A DNA stretch of 64,000 nt from Isurus oxyrinchus (taxonomy: Eukaryota), in contig JANJGN010000006.1 of NCBI GenBank assembly GCA_026770705.1, positions 50,592,001-50,656,000 of the forward strand, read 5' to 3'. This document shows, piece after piece, positions 1 through 12,879 of this stretch. The notes under the pieces are model-generated. The model was not told where the DNA came from and searched no databases. It saw only the letters and a program-made list of their open reading frames with translations. Each line of letters begins with the position of its first letter. The first letter of the stretch is position 1. Made by a program: the position numbers and the translations under genes.

Positions 1-2865
1 AGATAGATTCTCTCCTTCAGAATTTTCTCCAATAGTTTCCCAACCACTGATGTGAGACTCCACTGGTCTGTAGATCCCTGGTTTATCTCTGCAACCCTTC
101 TTAAATAGTGGAAAATTAGCTGTTCTCCAGTACTCTGGCAACTCCCCCATGGCCAGAGAGGAATTAAATACTTGAGTCAGAGCCCCTGCGATCTCCTCCC
201 TTGCCTCCCTCAGCAGTCTGGGACACAAATCATCCGGACCTGGTGATTTGTCCACTTTTAAGCCTTCCAGTGCTTCCAATACCTTGTCACTCCCTATATC
301 AATTTGCTCAAGGACCTCGCAGTCTTTCTCCCCAAGTTCGATACCTTCATCCTCATTATCTTGGGTGAAGATGGACATGAAGTATTCGTTCAACACTCTA
401 CCGATGTCCTCTGGCTCCACCCATAGATTGCCCCCTTGGTCCCTTATGGGCCCTACTCTTTCCAGGTTATCCTCTTCCCATTGATGTACTTATAGAATAC
501 CTTGGGATTTTCCCTACTTTTACCAGCTAGTGCTTTCTCATATCCCCTCTTTGCTCTCCTACTTGCTTTCTTAAGCTCCACCCTGCACTTTCTGTACTCC
601 ACTAATGCCTCCGCTGATTTGCTTCCCTTGTACCTGCTAAAAGCCTCTCTTTTCCTTCTCATCGTATCCTGTATATCTCTGGTCATCCTTGGATCTCTGG
701 GCTTGTTATTTCTTCCTATCACCCAAGAGGTAACATGTTGAGCCTATACCCTCCCCATTTCCTTTTTGAACGCCCCCCATTACTCTGGTATAGATTTCCC
801 CACAAGTAGCTGTTCCCAGTCTACCTTGGCCAGATCCTGCCTTATTTTACCAAAATCTGCTCTCCCCCAATCCAAAGCATTTTTTTTGCAACTTGTCTAT
901 TTCTTTATCCATAACAAGTTTAAATTGTACCATGTTATGGTCGCTATCTCTGAAATGCTCCCCCACCACCACCTCAGTCACCTGTCTGGCTTCATTCCCC
1001 AGGATTAGGTCCAGCACTGCAGTCCCTTGTTGGACACGCTACATATTGACCTAAAACATTCTCCTGTACACATTTCAAGAAATCCACTCCATCTAAGCCC
1101 TTAACATGATTTCTATCCCAATTAATGTTGGGAAAGTTGAAATCACCTAATATAATTACCCGTTTGTTATTGTTTTTATACATCTCTGTGAATTGTGCAC
1201 ATATTTGCTCCTCAATTTCCTGCTGACTATCTGGGGGGTCTATAACCTAACAATGTGGCTGCCCCTTTTTTATTCCATGCTATACCCACAAAGCTTCATT
1301 TGCTGCCCTCTCCAAGATATCATCTCTCCTTACTGCAATAACTGACTCCTTAACTAATAATGCAATGCCTCCTCCTCTTTTACCCCCTCCCCTGTCTGGC
1401 CTGAAGACTCTATATCCCAGAATGTTGAGCTGCCAATCCTGCCCCTCCCTCAACCACATATCTGTGATGGCTACTATATCACAATTCCACGTGTCAATCC
1501 TCACCCTTAACTCATCCGTTTAACCTGTAATACTCCTGGCATTATAGTAGAGGCCATCCAGCCTTGCCTTATTCCCTTGAAGCTTATTGCAGCTGTACTC
1601 ACTCTGACTTGATTGTTTTACTGTATTATGATGTGTCACTATTCTGCTAATATTCTGTGTGCCCTCCCCCTGCCAAATTAGTTTAAACTCCTCCCAACAG
1701 CACTAGCAAGCTCACCTGCAAGGATGTTTCTCCCGCTGTGGTTGAAATGTAGACCATCCCGTTTGTACATGTCCCACCTTCCCCAGAAAGAGTCCCAGTG
1801 ATCCAGGAATCTAAAACCCTACCTCCTGCACCAACTGTTATTCATCTGTGCTATTCTCCTATTTCTGTGCTTGCGAGAGATTACAACCCGGGAGATCCTG
1901 CTTTTTAGCCGGCTGCCTAACTCCCTGAATTCTTGATGCAAGACCTCATCCCTCTTTCTACTATGTCATTCGTACCAACATGTACCATGACCTCTGCCTT
2001 ATCACCCTCTGCCTTCAGGATGCCCTGCAGCTGTTCAGTGACATCCCGGACCCTGGCACCAGGGAGGCAACACACCATCCTGGAGTCATGTTGATGGCCA
2101 CAGTAGTGCTTATCTGTTCCCCTGACTATAGAATCCCCTATTACTATTGCTCTTCCTCTCTTCGTCCCTTCCTGTACAGACAGGCTGCTTGTGGTGACAG
2201 AAACTTGGCTCTGTCTGCACTCTCTGGAGGGACCAGTGTCCTCCTCAGCCTGCAAAATGGAATACCAATTTGCGAGCAGAACCACAGGGGACTCCTGAAC
2301 TACCTGCCTGTTTCTCTTGGACTGCCTGGTGGTCACCCATTCTCTTCCTTCCTCAAGTCCCTTCAGCTGCGGTGTGACCACCTCTCTAAATGTGATACCC
2401 ACGATGCACTCAGACTCGTGGATGCTCCACAGTGTCCACAGCCGCCGTTCCAGCTCTGAAACCCGAGCTTCCAGGAGCTGCAGCTGGACACACCTCCTGC
2501 ACACATTCTAGTCCCAGACACTGGAAATGTTCCCAGCTTCCAACATGGAGCATGAGGAGCACACCATGGCTTTGAGCTCTCCTGCCATGACTTATCCCTT
2601 TAAATTAAGCCTTTTAAGTCCATTACTCTAGGGCTCTTCTTTCCTGATCCTCGTTATTACAGAATTACCCGACATTACTCACTACTTACCAGCCGTTTCT
2701 CTCCCTTGTAGCCTCTACTGCTGCAGCAGGGCAAAACCACTCTCTGAAGATTTAAGGAGTTGGATAGAAAAGAGGAAATGCAAAGAGCTCCTCTTCCCCT
2801 CTGCACCGAATTCCCACTGTGCACCAAATTGCCAAAACCCACACTCACTCTGGCTGTGTCTCAGT
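1..2865 (-). mobile_element. CR1 LINE, 5' portion (5'UTR, ORF1 with SGNH esterase domain, start of ORF2 endonuclease/linker); degraded, continues past left edge
   Basis: Minus ORFs give CR1 ORF1 motifs (CVQLQLLEARVSELE, IVIGDSIVRGTD, CCLPGARVRDV, VHVGTNDI) and APE endonuclease motifs (DIVAITDMWL, RGGGIALLVK, ILGDFNFPNINW, ENPKVFYKYI). Confidence 0.93.
1680..2588 (-). pseudogene. CR1 ORF1 (Cys-rich/coiled-coil N-terminus + SGNH/GDSL esterase), with stop and frameshift
   Basis: ATG at 2588-2586 (MAGELKAMVCSSCSM..), in-frame stop near 2510, ORF 1917..2504 with GDS and GTND blocks. Confidence 0.85.
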
Positions 2866-2889
2866 CAGGATGAGGCATCTCCCCTGCTC

Positions 2890-4380
2890 ATGTGCAAGCT
2901 CACTGATCACTTGAGAAGTTGGTGGTGAGGTGCCTTCTTGAACCACTGCAATCCATGTGTGGTAAGTACACCCACAGTACTGTTAGGAAGGGAGTTCCAG
3001 GATTTTGACCCAGCGACAGTGAATATATTTCCAACTCAGGATGGTGAGTGGCTTGGAGAGGAAATTCCAGGTGATGGTGTTCCAATGTGTCTGCTGCCCC
3101 TGTCCTTCTAGCTGGTAGCAGTCATGGGTTTCAAAGGTGCTGCATAAGGAGCCTTGGTAAGTTTCTGCAGTGCATCTTGTGGATGGTATACACTGCTGCC
3201 ACTGTTCATCAGTGATGGTGGGAGTGAATGTTTGTGGATGTGGTGCCAAACAAGCAGGCAGCTTTGTCTTGGATGGTGTCAAGTTTCTTGAGTGTTGTGG
3301 GAGCTGCACTCATCCAGGCAAGTGGAGAGTATTCCATCACACTCCTGACTTGTGCCTTGTAGATGGTGGACAGGCTTTGGGGAGTCAGGAGGTGATTTGG
3401 TAGAGATGTTCAAAGTCATGAGGGGCTGGACAGAGTGATAGGGAGAAGCTGTTCCCACTTGTAAAATGATCAAGAGTAAGAGGGCACAGATTTAAAGTGA
3501 TTTGCAAAAGAAGCAAATGTGATGTCAGAAAATTATTTTTCACATGAGTGATTCAGGCCTGGAATGCACTGCCTGGGAGTATGGTGGAGGCAGGTTCAAT
3601 CAAGGCATTCAAGGGGGCATTAGATGATTATTTGAATAGGAGCAATGAGCAAGGGTAGAGGGGAAAAGCAACGCAATGGCACTAGGTCATAATGCTCATT
3701 TGGAGAGCTGGTGCAGACACAACAGGCCGAATGGACTTCTTCTCTGCCATTTAGTTTTGTGATTCTGTGAGTTACTCACCATAGGAGTCTACTCACCTAA
3801 CCTCTGACTTGCTCTTGTAGCCACAGTATTTATATTGCTTGTCCAGTTCAGTTTCTGGTCAGTGGTAACACCCAAAGTTGTTGATAGTGTGGGATTCAGC
3901 GATGGTAATGCCATTGAATGTCAATGGGCAATGGTTAGATTCTCTCTTGTTGGAGATGATCTTTGACTATCACTTGACTGCCACTTGTTAGCCCAAACCT
4001 GGATATTGTCCAATTCCTCCTGAATTTGGACATAAACTGCTTCAGTATCTGAGTAGTGAATGGTGCTGAATATTGTGCAATCATCAGCGAACATCCCCAC
4101 TTCTGACCTTATGATGGAAGGAAGGTCATTGATGAAGTAGCTGAAGATGGTTGGGCCGAGGACACTACCCTGAGGAACTCCTGTAGTGATGACCTGGAAA
4201 TGAGAAGATTGACCACCAACAACCACAACCATCTTCCTTTGTGCTAGGTATGATTCTAACCAGTGGAGAGTTTTCCCCCTGATTCCCGCTGACTCCAGTT
4301 TTGCTTGGGCTCCCTGATGCCATATTTGGTCAAATACTGCTTTGGTGTCAAAGCCAGTGACTCTGAGCTCACTTCTGGAT
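2890..4380 (-). mobile_element. CR1/L2-group LINE (family A) RT and 3' end, interrupted by a CR1 3' fragment
   Basis: ORF 3921..4232 GVPQGSVLGPTIFSYFINDLP..MFADDCT; 3' region matches the family tail at 35000-35320. Confidence 0.9.
3398..3770 (+). mobile_element. CR1 3' fragment nested in family-A LINE
   Basis: CR1 C-terminal and 3'UTR motifs (gagggcacagatttaaagt, tggaatgcactgcctg, ggccgaatgg, gtgattctgtga tail); host reads ggaggtga|...|gttactc across the insert. Confidence 0.85.
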
Positions 4381-4990
4381 TTGGAAGGAGCTGTTGAAGG
4401 AGCCTTGGTGAATTGCTACAGTACATCTTGTGGATGGTACGCACTACACTATGCCAGAGGAAGTGAATGTTTAATGTGACGGATGGAATGCTGATCAAGC
4501 GGGCTGCTTTGTCTTGGATGCTGTTGAGTTTCTCAAGTGTTGTTGGAGCTGCACTCATGCAGCAATTGGAGTGTATTCCATCACGCTCCTGACTTGTGAC
4601 TTGTAGATGGTAGACAGGATTTGGGGAGTTAGGGCATGAATTATTTGTCACAGCATTCCCAGCTGTTGACCTGCTCTTATCAATGGTAACCCCCCGAGGA
4701 TATTTATGGTGGGGTCTCAGATATGGATACGCAATTGAATGTCACAGAAATGGTTAGATTTTCTCTTGTTGGAGATGGATATTGCCTGGCACTTGTGTGG
4801 TGCAAATGCTACTTGACACATATCAGCTCAAGCCTTAATATTGTTCAGGCCTTACTGCTTGTGGGTCCAGACTGCTTCAGTACCTGAGAAGTTTTGAATG
4901 ACATTTAAAACTGTGTAATCATCAGGGAACATCCCCATTTCTGATCTTATGTTGGAGGGAAGGTAGTTGATGAAACAGTTGAAGGTTAGA
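4381..4990 (-). mobile_element. second family-A LINE fragment overlapping the same RT C-terminal region
   Basis: ORF 4256..4651 MSAAPTTLEKLNSIQDKAARLI; sequence repeats 3130-3390 and 3780-4150. Confidence 0.8.
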
Positions 4991-4994
4991 CATG

Positions 4995-5400
4995 GTAAAG
5001 GAAGTTGATTTTAAAGAGCATCTTAAAGAAGAGAATGGTAGAGTCAGAGAGACTCAGACAGGAATTCCAGAACTTAGGGTCTATGCAGCAGAAAGCACAG
5101 CTGCTAATAGCAGAGTGATTAACATCACGATGTGCTGGTGCCCAGAATTGGAACAGTACAGAGATTTTGGGGGTTTCTAGTGTTGGATGAGGTTGCAGCG
5201 ATTGGAAGCGGTGAGATCATGGAGGGATTTGAAAACAAGAATGATCATTCTTAGGTCAAAGTATTGCAGCCAATGTATGCCAATGAGCATAGGGGTGATG
5301 GGTGAATGAAACTTGGTGCGAGTTAGGATACGAGCCGCAGAGTTTTGCATGACATTGAGACTAAGGGAGGTGGAAGATGGAAGAGCTGCCGGGAATGTCA
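4995..5400 (-). mobile_element. L2 LINE 3' fragment
   Basis: MQNSAARILTRTKFHSPITPMLIGIHWL is the typical L2 ORF2 C-terminus. Confidence 0.8.
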
Positions 5401-5554
5401 GGTAGGAACAGTTTACCATGTTGAGCTCGGAAAAAGCTACCAACTTACCTCTCATCCACTCCCTCAGTAGCTTCCCCCTCGCTTATTTGGACAGCCTGCT
5501 GCTTATAGTGGCTGAGACCTTACAGGCTGGTGATCCAACCTCAGATATTTATGA

Positions 5555-5895
5555 AGCTTGATAAGTGAGACAGGTCCAGACGAGAGTATGAAGCAGCACC
5601 GAAGCAATCATTGATGTAACAGAGAAAGAGTTGTGGATGGGGGCTGGAGTAGGACTGGAACAAGGAATGTTCCACATACCCCATAAAGAGACAGGCATAA
5701 CTGGGGCCCATGCGGGTACCCTTGGCCACACCTTTTCACCCCCCCCCCCCCACTTAAACCAGCTTATATTTCACCTCTTTTCTATTTTTCCTTAGTTCTG
5801 TTGAAGTCATACGGACTCGAAACATTAACTGTGTTCCCCTCTGCAAGATGCTGTCAGACCTGCTGAGTTTTTCCAGGTATTTTTATTTTTGTTTT
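5555..5895. mobile_element. Penelope fragment: RT piece (minus) joined to pLTR (plus)
   Basis: GTRMGPSYACLFMGYVEH..CYINDCFG (PLE RT); 5735-5895 matches pLTRs at 24300-24450 and 26430-26570. Confidence 0.85.
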
Positions 5896-6559
5896 CCATT
5901 CAAAAGCATGTTCCGTTCACAATTTTGCCGTTTGCGAGATTTCGTGGGAACGTAACCCCCGTGAATGGTAGTACATCAGGTCAATCTCCAGCAAAATAAA
6001 TGATACATTCCTTGAAAAGTTCAGTAGGCTTATAAAAACCACTGTGTTCTGGATTCCCAGCCACTGCAGGTGATTGAACTCTCCTTGAGCCTAGGAAGAC
6101 TGCACAGGGAGGTTATTTATTTAATCAACTGTCAAGACTTTCCTCCACATGTAATCACTTAGATTTAGGTGTGCCCTTCCCAAGGACAAATATTTCACAC
6201 CTGCAATCAGGCTAGCTCACAATACAAGGCTAAAGCTACAGTGTCAACTCTGAATAATTATTCATATTAGCTAACAACAGAAGATTGAAGAAAGCTCACT
6301 GCACTAATGAAAATTTTTGCAACAACATCCAGACAGAAAAGACTAGACTCAGTCTGGAATGAAAAAACAGCTGTTATATTGGAATTGGAAAAGCAAGTAC
6401 TCCACATGGTGATTTTAATATGCTTTTAATAACCTTTCAATAAGCCACAGTACTCAAAAGTTTTTAGAGTGTAGTATCACCGAGTCATTGTTATTTACCA
6501 GCATTTCAGGAAATGTGCATGTTTGAGCGTTACCTTAGTTCAGATCTCAATATCCATAA

Positions 6560-6935
6560 CTGTCGGAAGGTCATGGGTTCAAACTGCAAACCAGAATTTG
6601 GTAGCATTAGCTAGGCTGACACTTCAGTGCAATACTGGTTGCATTTTCAGAAGTATCATTCTTTGGATGAGAACTGAGGTACCATCTACCTGTTCAAGTG
6701 GATGTTAACCTTGTGACATTATTTGAAGAAGGGAAGCAAGTTTTCCTGGCACATAGGCCAACATTCCTCCCTTTGTTGATGTCACAGAAAACAGTTCAGC
6801 AGATTACTTCTGGCATTGCTTCTTGCTGTGCACAAAATGGCTGTCGTGCTTGTTGTATAACATTTCAAAGTAATTCATTGTATGTAATGTGTTTTGGCAT
6901 GTTTCTGGGAAGCTATACAAAATGCAAGTCTTTCT
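6560..6935 (+). mobile_element. Deu-domain SINE (SacSINE1/AmnSINE1-like), degraded
   Basis: B-box gggttcaaac, ctaggctgacact, gtggatgt, ttgaagaag, cttgctgtgcacaaaatggctg, aaatgcaagtctttc terminus. Confidence 0.7.
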
Positions 6936-7944
6936 CTTCTTTATATGTGGGAGAAGCAGACTTTTGACAAGCTGCTTAGCTCTCAGCATAAATCTTTTAG
7001 TTACATTATAATGTCAGGATTGAGAAGTCCGTAGAATTTTCAAATTTAAGAATTATTCCGATATGAATATATTCTGGCACGCTTAATAATACGCCCTTTC
7101 AACAGTGCTGCAGATTCTTAATACAATCATGCATTGCAAGGAACCTCACTGAACAACGTTCAGGAAATATATACAAGTCCGATAAGAATGTGTAATCTAT
7201 GCTTTCTGCAGGCACAGTGATCTAGTAATAAATATATTTAAAAAATGAGGCAAGAAGTAAACAAATAACAAAGGCCTTGTATTGTTATAATGAATAGTTC
7301 AAAAATATATTTCACAAATCTCATAGTTGTGCTTTTATTATTATTTTATTTCCCACAAACAATCTATAGTCCTTCTACCTTGCTTTCAGAATTGGTACAA
7401 ATTTACACTTCAAAACTGTGAGGGATAAATGTGCAGTATTATTTGATGTCTAAATGGGGAACAAAAAAGACTTTCAAAGGCAGCACAATACTCAGGCTAA
7501 TTTTATCATTGCGGACCCCAGCAGAAAATGATTGCACTGATGATTGCCTCTTGCCTATTGTTCTGACAGTCTCATCCGCTGCTTTGAGAAATTAATCATT
7601 GTCTTTTATCCATGAGATTTTCTGTAGCACCGACCAGCACAATACCACAGTGAGCTTGCAATATGTATATAACAGCACCACATAATACCTGTAAATAACA
7701 GCCAGTTTAATTGAAAAATAGGCCAAACCTACCAGGCTTTTGTCATGAATAACTATGGACCAAAAAAATCAAATGTCATCAATAGCTGGATGTGCATTGT
7801 TACTTTGAAGTTGCACCCAGCTCCCACCATCACCTTGTCTAAGTAGAAGCTACCACCTCCGACTTGATGCATATTAAACAAAAGGCACAGCCATAACAGG
7901 GTAATTATATTTTAGGTTTCCATTGGATCACAAGATTAGCATTG

Positions 7945-8190
7945 TTTTAATTCATTCATGGGATGTGGGAGTCGCTGGCTAGGCCAGCATTTATTGCCCA
8001 TCCCTATTTGCCCTTGAGAAAGTGGTAGTGAGCTGCGTTCTTGAACCGCTGCAGTCCTTGTGGTATACATACACCCACAGTGCTGTTAGGGAGGGAGTTC
8101 CAGGATTTTGACCCAGCTTCAGTGAAGGAACGGTGATATATTTCCCAGTCAGGTTAGTGAGTGGCTTGGAGGGGATCTGCCAGGTGGTGA
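7945..8190 (-). mobile_element. family-A LINE 3' tail
   Basis: Reverse complement of aggg..agggatgggcaataaatgctggcctagccagcgactcccacatcccatgaatgaat. Confidence 0.88.
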
Positions 8191-8384
8191 TAGTTATAAA
8201 CAAAAAAGACCCTTTGGCACATATGATCCCAGAATATCAACTATACCACCTTCCTAGAGTCATTTGAATGGCTATCTGCATAAGTGTAAGACAAAGAAGC
8301 ACACACTCAGTCCTGCACAGGAGTTTTGGCCTGGATCTATGCTGAATGTTTAATACACTCCTGAGTGAGTGCTGCTTTGTGAGT

Positions 8385-9085
8385 TGTAAGAAATTGGGGT
8401 CTTGAATAAACGTGTATTTTCTACATAGTATAGGATTTTCTAGCAGCATTGATCCTCTCTCGAGGAACAGGATTTCTAAACACTTTGACCTCTAAACAGT
8501 CTTATGTCAGACTGCCATGTTGACATTCTAAGCTGATAGAATGGCATCTTCTGTACTCCCTTATCTATGTAATTGTTTAGGAAGGACAATGATATGACCC
8601 TCAGCGTGAGGTAAACTGAAAACTGACCTCAAGCAGGATGATGAACAGGGGCAGTGGTAACCACCCTGACGTTTGGAGTACGTGTCCTGTATCCATTGGT
8701 CAGAATAGTTAGATAACTTGGTAAGTTACTAGCTCCTCAAAAAGAGTATGTCGATTGGTGTTATACAGGTGGTAGGGGGCTGAGGTACTGGTGAGGTGGC
8801 AGTGCTCGCTGGGGAGCTGCCTCCTTCAGATGGAAGATGGAACCGAGGAGGAGGAGGAGGAAGATCAAGAGATCGAGGGAAGAGTTTCCTAACACTTTTG
8901 ACTAGAGAGTGGAATGCTGTTGTCACAAGCTGTTAAGGGTCATATACTTTTTTCTGTCTAATTGGTTAATGTATCATATCTAAACTTTTGTTTCTTAATA
9001 AACTTACTAAACCATCTTAAAATTGTTTATGACTAGTAGATTCACTATTTAGGTATATGTGGCCCCGAACCCCTAAAATCTTACA
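8385..9085 (+). repeat. 5' LTR
   Basis: TG..CA termini with TGTAAGA/TCTTACA inverted ends, AATAAA at ~8997, colinear with 12880-13663. Confidence 0.88.
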
Positions 9086-9087
9086 AT

Positions 9088-9105
9088 TGATGTCAGAAGT
9101 GGGAT
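9088..9105 (+). promoter_or_regulatory. primer binding site complementary to tRNA-Leu(CAA) 3' end
   Basis: tgatgtcagaagtgggat, 2 nt after the LTR; one mismatch to TGGTGTCAGAAGTGGGAT. Confidence 0.8.
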
Positions 9106-9183
9106 CCACAGTAGTTGAGATTGGCTTGGAATTTGAGAAACAAGAGTTTTAGATTGTAGTTAAACGTTTGGAGTAGTTATTAA

Positions 9184-9600
9184 GTGAAGCCAGGAGTCAC
9201 AATGGCATACGGTGGGGGACGAATCACAGAGAGTTTGACTGAGAAAGCAAGCAAGCCTGGAGTTTGTATTTTTGATAAGCTATCTAAAAAGGTTCAGGAA
9301 AGGAAGGTGAAGTTGAAGAAGTTCCAGAATAAGTTGATCTACGGTGCACATGTGTTTACCTTACAGCTGGACAGAAATCATAACGATTTAAGAGAGCAGG
9401 TCAGTAACTTACGAAAAGGATTGACCGGTTTGAACAGTTCTGCTGCGAATGGGAAACACATGGCAGGGTATGTTATACAAGGTGAAAAATTAGACGAAAC
9501 ACTGGAACCCATGAGGGTTGAAGTAGCTCCAGAGAAGTCACCTGAACCTTTCTTTTCAGGGTTAAAAAGAGAGCTGGAAGGTTCCAAAGCAGAAGGTTAG
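9184..9600 (+). pseudogene. ORF in gag position of LTR element, coiled-coil-like, no recognised homologue
   Basis: 138-codon open frame just after the PBS; LQLDRNHNDLREQVSNLRKGL heptad pattern. Positional inference only. Confidence 0.4.
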
Positions 9601-12534
9601 AAAGCAATGATTTTAAACAGTTTCTCCTATCTGCAGGCTCCCTAGAATCAAAATAAGAGATGGACTGGGAGTCTCACAAGGTCCTGGTTAGCACAAAACA
9701 AGTCCCCACCAAAAGCCCAAGTGTATTTGCAGAGAGGCCTAATTCCTGCCCTGTCATCACTCACGATCCTTACCTCGGCCCTATGGAGTACTTTTGTCCA
9801 GCTGTGAGTATACCGTACATTCGAGTCGAATCATTGCCAAAGCAGGGTGTTGTTTGCAAACATCAAAGATTCAAAAAATTGGGTTTGAGGAAGAAGCTAA
9901 AACATTTAAAATTCAAATGGCACATTTTACTGACTTTAATTTAAACTATGAGGTTCTGTTTAGAAAATAAATTTACAATCTGTACATAAAACAACTGTGG
10001 AAGTCAAGTTGTTCCCAAAATATAAAGATAATTCTGGAGCTCGGCAGCAATCCAACCTGAACTTTTCAAAATCATATGAGTTAACTGAACTGCTGAAATT
10101 CAAACTTTCTACTGACTGTTCCTTTCAAATTTGGTTAAGTAGCAAACATCAAAAAATGAAATTTGTTTTAAAGGAGGGAAAGATTCTGTTCCTTTTCTAC
10201 AGTTGCCTTCAAGGCTGCAGTCTTGTCTTTTTTTAAGAAGTTGGTGAAGTGACACAATTGTGTGCCAAGTTTCCTCTGTCCTTGCAACCCCTCCCCCCAC
10301 AAGCAGCGGAATTAACTCTTTCTGTTGACTGCTGCTTCTTTTTTTTTAGAAGTTTTTAAGTTTCTAAATTTACAGATATGATCGGATATGTTAACCCATT
10401 GGGCTCTTGGCCAGAGCCACAATGGATAGTTTGCATTTTTTTTAAGCAGCTGATGATGGTTTCCTGCTCCGAGCGAACCCAACAGTTTTGAGAATTAAAG
10501 CACAGCAAAAAGACTTTACCTTTCAGAGACTTGGCCTTAACCATTCAGGCTGTTTGTTACTATTTATTATCTTTCGAGACAAAGTGTTTGAGTGTGGGAG
10601 ACATGGAGATTACCTCCAAACTGATTGCAAACGCTTTTGCATTTGATCTAAAACCACCATATAAAACCACCAAGCCTGCTTCCCCATTTGGAATTGATAA
10701 AGTAACTGGACATGAGTTGCTATTTCAAGCATTCAATGGGAAATTTAAGAGGATAAACAAATTCTAATCTTCCGAGAAAGAAGGCTAATGAATAAACAGC
10801 CTAGGTGGTTTCTCAGTATCAAAAAAAAAGTTTGTTATTGGAAGAAATAAACTGAACACTAATAACATCTGCCAGCCCAACAACACTGCTATTTGAATTT
10901 GGGATAATTTTAAAATAAAAATAGTCAGACACAATCTAGTGCTGGATTGTCCAGCCTTTTCACTTGTTGAGGGGGAGGGGAGAATATTTTAAATTTTTGG
11001 GAAGAAAAGGAAACAGGTACAGAGGAATTGACACTTACCTCACTGTTACTCTCATATCTGCATCCCTGTGAACAAGCTGCAGATGAGAAGACTAATTTAT
11101 TGCCTTACCTTCATAGCCTAATTGAGCACTGATTCAGTAGGAAATCTGCCTTTGGTTTTGCCTGCCACAAGAAGTCAATGCCTGCCCATGTACTTGATGT
11201 AGCACAGTGGTACATCCCAGGCCTGATGCCCTTCTGTTAGCCGTCCCCACCCCCACACGCTGTATCAGGGTCTTAACACATCCACCTTGGGGGCCGGCCC
11301 TTGGGCAAGCCTGATCTAATTGGCCACTTCTGAGAACACACAAACAAAATGCCTGAAATCAATTGGGCATGTTTGATTTTTCTGTTTTAAAGATATTATG
11401 AGAATGTTATTGGACTGTAAATTTTCTCCAGAACTCCTGAAAGTGATACAATGGTAATTAATGGGATTCCCCACTTAGAATAAGAGATAGTTAGGGAAGA
11501 AGGACACAGTGCCAACTGGGAATAACTCATCTTAGCTGTAATTCAATGGAATATATACATTTGGGTATTGATATACTTCTAGTGAAAGGGAGTGTAGACG
11601 AGATGAATAAGGTGACAGCTTTCTCTTGGAGATATTTGTTTCTTTGCCTACGAACTTTTTAAGAGAACTGAGTTTGATAATCTGGCCATCAGTTGAGATA
11701 TTGGGACCGTACAGGGGGATATAAGTAAAGATCTTGTGACAAAGACCCCTTTCATCTTTTGAAAAAGTTACCAGAAAATCAGTAAGAATTATCGAATGGT
11801 GCATCCTTTTCAAGACTGTGAAATCCCAGATGATGAAGTTGATTGGCAAAATACACAGCACGGTCCCTATGGACCTGATAATCTTTCCACAAATGCAAAA
11901 CAAGAATTTGTGGGAGAGGGCAGAGAGATTACCACCAAGCATACGAAAGAACACTGCCCGAATAGAAAATTTGGTAAAAAGAGAAACCCTAGTGGCCACA
12001 TCTAACAGATAGGGAAATGTGTGAAGATGACTTATAGGATGTGAAATTCCAACAGAGGATTAAAGAAGGAATTGGGACGCTGGTCGGGGGGGAGGTGCAG
12101 AAATGATTTGTAATTTATGAAGTAATTGATATGGAAGAGGACATGGTGCAGCTGCAATGAAGGACTTGCTCAGCTTGACAAACAGCATGACATGAAATGG
12201 TTAATATGACCTGAAGAGTGAGAAAACAATTTTAAATGATCAAGGCACTGACACATGCTCCATAGAGAAACGAATTTTAAGACAATTAACCTTACCCCCG
12301 CCCCTGGCCAATATTACCATCATAGAGTCAACTTAAAGTAAATGTAAAAGGAATTTTAAATTGGGACAAATGAAGGCTAAGGAGAAATAATACTTAGTAA
12401 GAGTTATCCACAAAATGGATATGGTGAAAGGAGAGCTGAAGAATCTTTTAAGTCCGTGCATAATCTATTGCTTTACTTATATGTACTTATATACCAAGAG
12501 CCTGGAAATTAGAAGCACTCCTGCAAATGAAGAA

Positions 12535-12661
12535 GGCCTGGATTTTCCAGCCCTGCTGAGGAGGGGCCCACTGCGGGGTATGTGGTGGTCAGCGAAAAGT
12601 CCATTGACTTTCAGTGGGACCAGGCCACCCCGACGGCGGGTGGGCCTGGAAAATCCTGCCC
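12535..12661. mobile_element. short palindromic Harbinger-type MITE
   Basis: TIRs ggcctggattttcc / ggaaaatcctgccc; central ccattgactttcagtggg palindrome. Confidence 0.75.
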
Positions 12662-12879
12662 TAAGGATATTTCCCTCTCAAAGTGGGGAGGGGGGAACCT
12701 ATAAGACCTGCAGATGGAGAGTGCCAAACCAAGTAATCAGGTAATTCTAGTAACTTTAGTATGTTACCTACATATGTAATCAAGAAATTAGGGAAACAAT
12801 TTGTATTTTAGAAATAACTATTATCTAAAAATTAGTTGTGAAAAGTCAATAAGGATATTTCCTTCTCGAAGGGGGGATC

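Noticed and set aside
248-2511. Plus-strand ORFs (e.g. 502..741 hydrophobic, 1980..2459)
   Set aside because: Antisense shadows of CR1 ORFs.
7480-7900. Conserved non-coding element (also 24900-25200)
   Set aside because: Unique-looking sequence, but conservation cannot be assessed without alignments.
11532-12012. env gene in the LTR element
   Set aside because: No signal peptide, fusion peptide or TM motif identifiable; cannot be supported.
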